IMG/VR virus record: IMGVR_UViG_3300033076_000517 | Span: 1-44,277 of that record | Direction: 5' to 3' (one strand) | Length of the DNA: 44,277 nucleotides | From: a virus | Taxonomy: Duplodnaviria > Caudoviricetes | Shown: positions 34,490 to 41,787 of the stretch, piece by piece | Layout: each line of letters starts with the position of its first letter | Numbering within the stretch: the first letter of the stretch is position 1 | Program-made: the position numbers and the translations under genes | Notes under the pieces: model-generated | The model's database searches: none | Seen by the model: the letters and a program-made list of their open reading frames with translations, nothing else | What the model was told of the DNA's origin: nothing

Positions 34490-34639
34490 TTAATGCAGCA
34501 GTTGCAATGCTTCCAGCACGACGCTGATGGCAAGCAAGGCGAGGATGGCCCAACCCTTCCAGTCGGGGCGCTCCTCCGGGTAGGTGCCGCCGTGCTCGAT
34601 GAGGTAGGAGATGCGCTGCTTGAGTCCATCACGGTTCAT
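34490..34639 (-). CDS. 49-aa membrane protein downstream of the repressor
   Basis: MNRDGLKQRISYLIEHGGTYPEERPDWKGWAILALLAISVVLEALQLLH; RBS AAGGA; absent from the ORF track (<60 aa). Confidence 0.6.
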   Translation of the reverse strand: MNRDGLKQRISYLIEHGGTYPEERPDWKGWAILALLAISVVLEALQLLH

Positions 34640-34653
34640 TGGGTGAGTCCTTA

Positions 34654-35067
34654 TCACTTGAGGAGTAAGACAAGCCTGCGGGCATACGTCTGTTCGGCGG
34701 CGTTGGTTTCCTGCTGGCGCTCGTACACCAAGGCGACCAGCTCCGCGAGCTTGGCTTTGCTTACCTTGACGCCCTCGGATTCCAGCAAATCCTGCACCAA
34801 AGCCATTACTTCGATCAGGGCGTTCGTATCTGGTTGACCCGGCAAGCCTTTGTGGGGCTTGTCCATCCAGCCTGACGACAAGCCCAGCTTACGCTCCACG
34901 TCACGCGCCGTCTTCTCGCTGACCTCGCGCGTCGGCTTGGGGCCAGCGAGCTGGGCCATGTAGCTGGCGTTGGAGTGCCCGAGCTTCAGGGAAAGACTGG
35001 TAGGCCCGCCCCACTGCTCCATGAGCTTGCGCAGGTTGTCCCTGCGGATGTCGAAGACTGACTTCAT
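34654..35067 (-). CDS. CI-like repressor (HTH, no S24 peptidase domain)
   Basis: IRRDNLRKLM...SLSLKLG..ASYMAQL....REVSEKTARDVERKLGLSSGWMD; divergent from the cro-like gene. Confidence 0.8.
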   Translation of the reverse strand: MKSVFDIRRDNLRKLMEQWGGPTSLSLKLGHSNASYMAQLAGPKPTREVSEKTARDVERKLGLSSGWMDKPHKGLPGQPDTNALIEVMALVQDLLESEGVKVSKAKLAELVALVYERQQETNAAEQTYARRLVLLLK

Positions 35068-35068
35068 C

Positions 35069-35136
35069 CTTAGCACATTGCCACAGCCAAGTGTTGTTTT
35101 CAAGCAATAGCTAATGCCTTTACAAAATGCTAAAGT
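35069..35136. promoter_or_regulatory. Immunity switch region with three operator-like boxes and a rightward extended -10 (TGCTAAAGT)
   Basis: 35069 CTTAGCACATTGCCACA; 35100 TCAAGCAATAGCTAAT; 35119 TTTACAAAATGCTAAA. Confidence 0.6.
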
Positions 35137-35168
35137 CGGCGCTCCCCGTATTTTTAGGAGCATTACCT

Positions 35169-35501
35169 GTGACCATGTCCACCATGAAGGCTTGGATGCA
35201 AGCCGCCGATCCACTGCAGCAGTTCGAGCTTGCCAAGCGCGCGGAGACCTCGCGCCAGTACCTGTACCACCTGTCCGGGGGCTTTCGCGATGCCTCCCCG
35301 GCACTGGCCCAGCGCATCGAGCGCGCCTCGCTTGCCATGCACAAGGAGACCAAGGGCAAGCTGCCCAAGGTGTACCGCACCGATCTGAACAAGGACTGCC
35401 GCGAGTGCGAGTTCGCAGCCAAGTGCCTGGGCGCTGCAGCCGTGGCCTCGGACTTCGCCTTCCTGCCCGCTGACGACAGCGAGGGAGGTCTCAATGATTG
35501 A
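35169..35501 (+). CDS. Cro-like HTH regulator with C-terminal CxxC..C
   Basis: ELAKRAETSRQYLYHLSGGFRDASPALAQRIE; RBS AGGAG; start 35169 GTG or 35175 ATG. Confidence 0.7.
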   Translation: MTMSTMKAWMQAADPLQQFELAKRAETSRQYLYHLSGGFRDASPALAQRIERASLAMHKETKGKLPKVYRTDLNKDCRECEFAAKCLGAAAVASDFAFLPADDSEGGLND

Positions 35502-35631
35502 GCTGCTCATCGGGCTGTTCGTTGGGACGGCCCTTGGCGTGTTTGTCGTGTGCCTGATGCACATGGCCCGCGACCCTCTGGATGTTGACCCCGGCATGCA
35601 AGACGGCGACAAGAACGAGGTGCGCCCATGA
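35494..35631 (+). CDS. Small membrane protein
   Basis: MIELLIGLFVGTALGVFVVCLMHMAR...; RBS GGAGG. Confidence 0.55.
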   Translation: MIELLIGLFVGTALGVFVVCLMHMARDPLDVDPGMQDGDKNEVRP

Positions 35632-36098
35632 CCCTTGAAGAACTTGAAGCACTGGCAGAGCAGCCAGCACAGCAGTGCCGCACAGATGGGCGCTGTCAAT
35701 ACGCCATAGACAGTGGCGCTGAGGGTATGGGCCACTGCCCCAAAGGCAAGTGCGTCATGCCAGCACAGCAGGAGCCTGTGGCTTGGCTGACTGGCTGCCC
35801 CTCATGCGGCATGGACTCTTGCGACTGCGACGATGGCACATGGAACCCACCAGCACAGCGCAAGCCGCCGTCTGGATGGGTCGCAGTATCTGACCGAATC
35901 CCGCTTGAGTCCGATGGTGAGGTGTTGGTGCGGATGCGTGATGGTCGATGTGAAATCGCGTGGGCCACTTACTGGCACGGGGCCAGCAACGCCTTTGCAC
36001 AGTGGACATTCCGCGACCCAGACGAGGATGAAGCGCCGACACACTGGATGCTTATTCCAGCCATCGAAGCCGCCCACGGCGTTAAGAGGGACGCATGA
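35628..36098 (+). CDS. DUF551-like protein
   Basis: QEPVAW...GWVAVSDRIP...VLV...PTHWMLIP. Confidence 0.6.
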   Translation: MTLEELEALAEQPAQQCRTDGRCQYAIDSGAEGMGHCPKGKCVMPAQQEPVAWLTGCPSCGMDSCDCDDGTWNPPAQRKPPSGWVAVSDRIPLESDGEVLVRMRDGRCEIAWATYWHGASNAFAQWTFRDPDEDEAPTHWMLIPAIEAAHGVKRDA

Positions 36099-36298
36099 CG
36101 AGTCCCTTCGACTGGAAGAACCAGCCCAGCACCATCGCCCAAGAGCTTGAGCGCAACGCCGAGAAGTCGCGCGCCTCCTCGCGCGGGGCTGTGGCTGGGC
36201 TCTCGCCCAAGCTGCACCTGAGCGACAAGCCTGACGTGCGCAACATCGACCCAAGACGCTTTCACGTCTACAGCAAAGCAACCCCCAAGGGGAAATGA
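36095..36298 (+). CDS. Hypothetical protein
   Basis: ATGA-coupled ORF. Confidence 0.5.
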   Translation: MTSPFDWKNQPSTIAQELERNAEKSRASSRGAVAGLSPKLHLSDKPDVRNIDPRRFHVYSKATPKGK

Positions 36299-36312
36299 AA
36301 GTGATGGATTAA

Positions 36313-38538
36313 ATGAGCAGTTCCATCTGGGGTGCATCCCCTGACGATTGGGCGAAGATCAGCGGCTGGGGCATCACTGCCGACCTGCTGCCGGTGGTGA
36401 GCAACTCCACCGCCCTGATCTCGCCAAGGAGCAAGATGCGCGACGTGGGCAAGACCCCTTCGCGTTACGACCGCGAGCGCCGCGTGATCGGTATCCCTGA
36501 GTGGACATCGCACGAGGCAAGCGAAGCTGACGTGGTGCGCTGGCAGCGCGACAGCGACTATGGCATTTGCATCCAGACCCGGCTGGTGCGTGCCATCGAC
36601 ATCGACATCGAGGACATCACTGTCTCGCGCATGGTGCGCGACTGCGTGGAGATGCTCACAGGCCAGCTGCCCATGCGCTGGCGCGCCGACTCAGGCAAGT
36701 GCCTGCTTGCCTTCAAGCTGCAAGGCCAATTCACCAAGCGCATCTTGCGCACTGCGCATGGCCCCATCGAGTTCCTCGCCAACGGCCAGCAGTTCATCGC
36801 AATGGGCACCCACCCCAAGGGCGAGCGCTACCAGTGGGAGGGCGGCATCCCTGACGATGTGCCCTACCTGACAGCGGACGAGTTCGAGGGCATGTGGTCT
36901 GCGCTTGAGGCGCAGTTCGCCATCGCGGCCACCGTCTCGCGCGGCCCTGGGGGTAAGCCCGTGAGCCAGCGCATCGCCGAGGACATCGACGACGACGTGC
37001 TCACCTTCTTGGAGCGCACGGGCTGGATCAAGAGCATCGACTCGCACGGCAGGGCGCACATGACCTGCCCGTGGGCGCACGAGCACACCGGTGGGGGAGG
37101 GGAAGACGACAGCTCCACCACCTACTTCCCGCGCGGCGTGGGTGGCTTCGAGCAGGGCCACTTCCGCTGCCTGCACGCGCACTGTGAGGGGCGCACCGAC
37201 GGCGACTTCCTCGAAGCCGTGGGCTATGTGATGGAGGACTTCGCGGTCATCGAGCCCCAGCCCGGCGAGAGCGAGTTGCCACTGGTGCTGCCGCCCTTCG
37301 AGCGCAACCGGCAAGGCGACATCGTCGCCACGGTGAGCAACGTGGAGATGGCCCTGCGCCGTGCGGATGTTAGCGGGGTGCATGTGGGCTACGACGGCTT
37401 CAACGACGAGATCATGCTGGCCCCCTTCGGCACCAAGGACTGGCGCAACTTCACCGATGCCGACTACACGCGGCTTCGCATCAAGCTCGAAGGCGGTGGC
37501 TTCAAGCCCATCGGGCGCGAGCTCATCCGCGACGTGGTCTCGCTGGTGGCCGATGACAACAAGTTCGACAGCGCCCAGCTGTGGCTGGGCGGCCTCAAGT
37601 GGGACGGCGTGCCGCGTGTGGAGCGCTTCTGGTCGACCTACTTCTCAGCCGAGGACACCGACTACACGCGCAGCTGCGGCATCTACATCTGGACAGCGAT
37701 GGCCGGGCGCGTGATGCAGCCCGGGGTCAAGGCCGACATGGTGCCCATCCTGGTGGGCGAGCAGGGCGTGGGCAAGACCACGGGCGTGGCCGCGATGGTG
37801 CCTGCCGAGGAGCACTTCATGGAGGTCAAGCTCGACGACCAGGAGACCGAGATGGCCCGGCGCATGCGCGGCAAGCTGGTGGGCGAGATCGGTGAGCTGC
37901 GTGGCCTGCACTCGCGCGAGATCGAGCACGTCAAGGCCTTCGTCACCCGCACGCATGAGGAGTGGGTGCCCAAGTACAAGGAGTTCTCGATCAAGTTCCC
38001 CCGTCGGCTGGTGTTCATCGGCACGACCAACAACGACGAGTTCCTGGCCGACGAGACGGGCAACCGCCGGTGGCTGCCGATCCGGGTGGGCCAGACCAAC
38101 TTGGAGAAGCTCAAGGCCGAGCGCGACCAGATGTGGGCCGAGGCAGCCGTGCTCTTCGCCGAGGGTGGCGTGCAGTTCAGGCAGGCGCAGACGTTGGCCG
38201 GGGAGGTGCATGCAGAGCACACGATCACCGACCCGTGGGAGGAACCCGTGCAGGCGTGGCTCGTTGAGGCCTCGTTCGGTGCCGGTGAGCTCGATGGTGC
38301 CCCGGCCAATGGTGCACGGCCATTTCGCATTGGCGATGTGCTGCAGGGGGCGCTGGGTTTTGACCCCAAGCACATCTCAAGGCGCGAGGAGTTGCGCGTT
38401 GGTCGCGTGTTGCGAAAGCTCGGTTATGACAAGCGCACGGTGAGGGATGGCACCCATCGTTCAAAGTTGTGGGCACTTGCAGAAAAGTGCAAGGAGACTG
38501 AACTTGCAAAAAATTACGCGTTCGATGACCTCGCGTGA
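36313..38538 (+). CDS. Primase-helicase (Prim-Pol N-terminus, Zn motif, VapE-type helicase)
   Basis: RAIDIDIE, GQQFIAMGTHPKG.RY, CPW..EH...FRCLHAHC, Walker A GEQGVGKTT, FIGTTN..EFL.DETGNRRW. Confidence 0.88.
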   Translation: MSSSIWGASPDDWAKISGWGITADLLPVVSNSTALISPRSKMRDVGKTPSRYDRERRVIGIPEWTSHEASEADVVRWQRDSDYGICIQTRLVRAIDIDIEDITVSRMVRDCVEMLTGQLPMRWRADSGKCLLAFKLQGQFTKRILRTAHGPIEFLANGQQFIAMGTHPKGERYQWEGGIPDDVPYLTADEFEGMWSALEAQFAIAATVSRGPGGKPVSQRIAEDIDDDVLTFLERTGWIKSIDSHGRAHMTCPWAHEHTGGGGEDDSSTTYFPRGVGGFEQGHFRCLHAHCEGRTDGDFLEAVGYVMEDFAVIEPQPGESELPLVLPPFERNRQGDIVATVSNVEMALRRADVSGVHVGYDGFNDEIMLAPFGTKDWRNFTDADYTRLRIKLEGGGFKPIGRELIRDVVSLVADDNKFDSAQLWLGGLKWDGVPRVERFWSTYFSAEDTDYTRSCGIYIWTAMAGRVMQPGVKADMVPILVGEQGVGKTTGVAAMVPAEEHFMEVKLDDQETEMARRMRGKLVGEIGELRGLHSREIEHVKAFVTRTHEEWVPKYKEFSIKFPRRLVFIGTTNNDEFLADETGNRRWLPIRVGQTNLEKLKAERDQMWAEAAVLFAEGGVQFRQAQTLAGEVHAEHTITDPWEEPVQAWLVEASFGAGELDGAPANGARPFRIGDVLQGALGFDPKHISRREELRVGRVLRKLGYDKRTVRDGTHRSKLWALAEKCKETELAKNYAFDDLA

Positions 38539-38542
38539 GGCC

Positions 38543-38746
38543 TGTCACCCATCTGAGATGGGTGTCGCACCCATCTTTTTGCGGGGGATGGGTGACACGT
38601 TTTCAGAGGGAAAACAGCCTCTGTCACCCATGTCACCCTTCTTTACCCTAGGAAAGGGTTGTGAAAATAAAAAGGGGTTAGTGAACACTAACGTAAAGCG
38701 CGAGGCAAACAATAGGAAAACAAGGGTGCGGTGGGTGACATGGGTG
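38543..38746. repeat. Probable replication origin: TGTCACCC(AT) iterons in both orientations around an AT-rich tract
   Basis: Copies at 38543, 38588 (inverted), 38622, 38631, 38732 (inverted), plus partial copies; AT-rich 38640-38720; directly after primase-helicase. Confidence 0.65.
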
Positions 38747-38820
38747 CCGCACTGGTGGACGGCTAAGAACCGCGAACGCGCAGAAAATTGCAAGTTGCAG
38801 CACAAGATCGGGGGCGCGGC

Positions 38821-39060
38821 ATGAAGAAGCGATTGGCGGTGAACGCAGCGGGCAAGCGCATCGGTGAATCGCACCACCGCGCCAAGCTCTCCGACGAGGA
38901 GGTCGACACCATCCTCTACCTGCGCGATGAGGGGCTCTCGTATGCCCAGATCGCGGCCAAATGGGACGACGATGTGCGCATCAGCAAGAGCACGGTGCGC
39001 GACATCTGCCTGGGCAGGATCAGGGCCCAGGTGCCCGATAGGTTCAAGCCGGGCGCATAA
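38821..39060 (+). CDS. HTH protein, candidate late-gene activator
   Basis: GESHHRAKLSDEEV..I....GLSYAQIAAKW....SKSTVRDI; immediately before the first late promoter. Confidence 0.65.
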   Translation: MKKRLAVNAAGKRIGESHHRAKLSDEEVDTILYLRDEGLSYAQIAAKWDDDVRISKSTVRDICLGRIRAQVPDRFKPGA

Positions 39061-39082
39061 GCCCTTAGCTGGGCGCTACAGT
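39051..39082 (+). promoter_or_regulatory. Putative late promoter (GGGCGCATAA-N16-TACAGT); terS possibly leaderless
   Basis: ATG lies 7 nt after the -10 hexamer with no RBS. Confidence 0.6.
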
Positions 39083-39089
39083 GCGCCCC

Positions 39090-39662
39090 ATGAGCTACAA
39101 GTACCCCGCATGGGTTAGCCCCTTCCTGCAGCACCTGAAGACCTCCTGCAACATGGCAGAGAGCTGCCGCGCGGTGGGCGTGTCCTACAGCACCATGCAG
39201 GCCTTCAAGGCCAAGGACGGCGACTTTCAAGCAGCTGTCGACGAGGCGCTCGAAGAGTCCTACGACTACCTCGAAGCAGAAGCCCGCCGCCGCGCCTTCC
39301 ACGGCGTTGAGGAGCCGGTGGTCTACCAGGGGCAGCTGACCCCCATCTTCGAGCGCAACCCCGATGGCAGCGTGCGCGTGGACGAGGACACCGGCCACCC
39401 GGTGCAGGCCCGCGACCAGTACGGCAACGTGCGCTACCTCACGGTGCGCAAGTACAGCGACGGCTTGGCCCAGTTCCTCCTCAAGGGCTACCGGCGCAGC
39501 AAGTTCGGCGACAAGCAGGAGATCACCGGGGCCAACGGTGGCGCGCTTGCAATGATCGACGAGACCAAGAAGGCCGCGCGCCTGTCGGCGCTGATCGCGC
39601 TGGCCCAGCAGCGCAAGGACGGCCAGCTGCCAGCTGATGACGACCTGAGCGACCTCGCATGA
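39090..39662 (+). CDS. terS: Terminase small subunit
   Basis: FLQHLK...N....CRAVGVS...LEAEARRRAFHGVEEPV.YQG...RKYSD.L..FLLKG. Confidence 0.8.
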   Translation: MSYKYPAWVSPFLQHLKTSCNMAESCRAVGVSYSTMQAFKAKDGDFQAAVDEALEESYDYLEAEARRRAFHGVEEPVVYQGQLTPIFERNPDGSVRVDEDTGHPVQARDQYGNVRYLTVRKYSDGLAQFLLKGYRRSKFGDKQEITGANGGALAMIDETKKAARLSALIALAQQRKDGQLPADDDLSDLA

Positions 39663-39751
39663 TGCTGTACGCCCTCTGCTTCGTCGCCGGGATGGCCTTC
39701 GCCTTCGTCGTGCTGCACCTGATCGAGCGCTTCCTCGACATCGTCACATGA
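39659..39751 (+). CDS. 30-aa hydrophobic peptide
   Basis: MMLYALCFVAGMAFAFVVLHLIERFLDIVT; ATGA overlaps at both ends. Confidence 0.45.
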   Translation: MMLYALCFVAGMAFAFVVLHLIERFLDIVT

Positions 39752-39903
39752 GCGCGGCGCTAGACACGACCTGTCGGGTCTACTGGTGCTTGGTCTGCGG
39801 GCCGCTGTTCCGCTTCCCAGCTGGCGACGGGGACATCACGCTTCACCGCGACATCGAGCACCCGTTCGACTGGACTTACGACGAAGACGACAACCCGCAA
39901 TGA
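39748..39903 (+). CDS. 51-aa hypothetical protein with CxxC
   Basis: MSAALDTTCRVYWCLVCGP...; ATGA-coupled to terL. Confidence 0.45.
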   Translation: MSAALDTTCRVYWCLVCGPLFRFPAGDGDITLHRDIEHPFDWTYDEDDNPQ

Positions 39904-41495
39904 ACCCCAAAGACATCGAGGCGCTGCTGCCTTACCTGACCAAAGCAGAACGCGACGAGCTGGACAACCTGCTGGCCGATGATCTCGCCACCGTGGCGTG
40001 GCGACCTCTGCCCGGCCCCCAGTCGATGGCCTACTACAGCGAGGCCGATGTGATCGGCTTCGGTGGCGCAGCCGGTGGCGGCAAGACCGATCTGGCCTGC
40101 GGCAAGGCGCTCACACACCACGAGAAGATCATGATCCTGCGCCGCGAGGGCACCGAGCTCACGGCTGTGGTCGACCGGCTGCAGGAGCTCATCGGCCACC
40201 GCGACGGCTACAACGGGCAGGAGCGCATCTGGCGCTTGCCGCGCCAGCAGATCGAGTTCGGCTCGACCCCGAACATGGGCGATGAAAAGAAGTACCAAGG
40301 CCGACCGCACGACCTGCTGGTGTTCGACGAGGCGGCCAACTTCTTGGAGTCGCAGGTGCGCTTCCTCATGGGCTGGAACCGCTCGACCACGCCGGGCCAG
40401 AAGTGCCAGACGCTGATGACCTTCAACCCACCGACCAGTGCCGAGGGCCGCTGGATCGTGGACTTCTTCGCGCCGTGGATCGACCGACGCTTCCCCGGCA
40501 AGCGTGCAGAACCCGGCGAGATTCGCTTCGTGGGTGTGGTGCCCGGCGAGAACGGCGTCTCGCGCGACATCTGGGTCGACGATGGCCGCCCGTTCGTGAT
40601 CGTGGGCGGCGCGCCGTGCTACGACTTCGACCCTGCGGCCTACGACCCCCAGGACATCGTCAAGCCCCAGAAGCGCACCTTCATCCCCTCGCGCATCTCC
40701 GACAACCCCTTCCTGATGAACACGGGCTACCTCGCCGTGCTGCAGGCGCTGCCCGAGCCCCTGCGCTCGCAGATGCTCAAGGGCGACTTCCAAGCGGGCA
40801 TGACCGATGACCCGTGGCAGGTGATCCCGACCCTGTGGGTGGAGATGGCCCAAGCACGGTGGAAGGCGCGCAGCCCCAAGGGCGAGATGCTCTCCATCGG
40901 CGTGGACGTGGCCCGTGGTGGCCGCGACTCCTCGGTGATCGCCACCCGCCACGAGGGCAACTGGTACGACGAGCTCAAGAAGCTGCCCGGCACGCAGACG
41001 CCAGACGGCGAGACGCTGGCCGGTCAGGTGATGGCGAAGAAGCGCGACAGCGCACCGATCCACATCGACGTGATCGGCGTGGGCTCCTCGCCCTACGACC
41101 TGCTGCGCTCGGCCAAGCACCAAGTGATCGGGGTCAACGTGGCCGAGGCCGCCACGGGCACCGACCGCTCAGGGCGGCTTCGCTTTGCCAACCTGCGCAG
41201 CCAGCTGTGGTGGCAGATGCGCGAGCAGCTCGACCCGGTCAACGACACCGGCATCGCGCTGCCGCCTGACCCCGAACTGCTGGCCGACCTGTGCGCACCC
41301 AAGTGGTCGATGCAGGGCATGCGCGTGCAGGTGGAGAGCCGCGAGGACATCGTCAAGCGCATCGGGCGCTCGCCCGACAGCGCCAGTGCGCTGATCCTGG
41401 CGCAGATCGACACGCCCAAAGCCGACGTCATCAAGCGCGCCCAGCGCCAGTTCGCCCAGCCTGCAATCGACTACGACCCGATGGCCGGGTTCTGA
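39900..41495 (+). CDS. terL: Terminase large subunit
   Basis: FGGAAGGGKT, LVFDEA, TFNPP, IGVDVARGGRD, GRSPD; start ATG 39900. Confidence 0.92.
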   Translation: MNPKDIEALLPYLTKAERDELDNLLADDLATVAWRPLPGPQSMAYYSEADVIGFGGAAGGGKTDLACGKALTHHEKIMILRREGTELTAVVDRLQELIGHRDGYNGQERIWRLPRQQIEFGSTPNMGDEKKYQGRPHDLLVFDEAANFLESQVRFLMGWNRSTTPGQKCQTLMTFNPPTSAEGRWIVDFFAPWIDRRFPGKRAEPGEIRFVGVVPGENGVSRDIWVDDGRPFVIVGGAPCYDFDPAAYDPQDIVKPQKRTFIPSRISDNPFLMNTGYLAVLQALPEPLRSQMLKGDFQAGMTDDPWQVIPTLWVEMAQARWKARSPKGEMLSIGVDVARGGRDSSVIATRHEGNWYDELKKLPGTQTPDGETLAGQVMAKKRDSAPIHIDVIGVGSSPYDLLRSAKHQVIGVNVAEAATGTDRSGRLRFANLRSQLWWQMREQLDPVNDTGIALPPDPELLADLCAPKWSMQGMRVQVESREDIVKRIGRSPDSASALILAQIDTPKADVIKRAQRQFAQPAIDYDPMAGF

Positions 41496-41499
41496 TCCC

Positions 41500-41531
41500 G
41501 TGCGGATAACGGGCGCAACTGGCCTGACAAT
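41500..41531 (+). promoter_or_regulatory. Putative late promoter (GTGCGGATAA-N16-GACAAT)
   Basis: Conserved motif and spacing. Confidence 0.7.
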
Positions 41532-41561
41532 CCGGCCAGTTTTTGCAACAAGGAGCAGCCC

Positions 41562-41783
41562 ATGTGCAGTGGCGGTGGTGGCGGCGGTAGTTCCGAGCCC
41601 ATTCGATACCAAGACCCCAAGATGCCCGAGCAGTCTGCTCAGGGCACGAGCTCATCCATGACCGACGCACGCAGAAAGGCGCTGCAAACTGGCGGCCCTG
41701 CCGCCAGCACGCTGCTGACTGGCCCGTCTGGCGTGGAGAACTCCGCGCTCAACATCGGTCGAACCACGCTGCTGGGGGCCTGA
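41562..41783 (+). CDS. Small virion protein upstream of portal
   Basis: MCSGGG...STLLTGPSGV....GRTTLLG; RBS AAGGAG. Confidence 0.7.
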   Translation: MCSGGGGGGSSEPIRYQDPKMPEQSAQGTSSSMTDARRKALQTGGPAASTLLTGPSGVENSALNIGRTTLLGA

Positions 41784-41787
41784 CCGC

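Noticed and set aside
34366-34632. 88-aa ORF from the track
   Set aside because: Runs through a terminator and promoter; the overlapping 49-aa frame (34490-34639) has an RBS and fits the operon.
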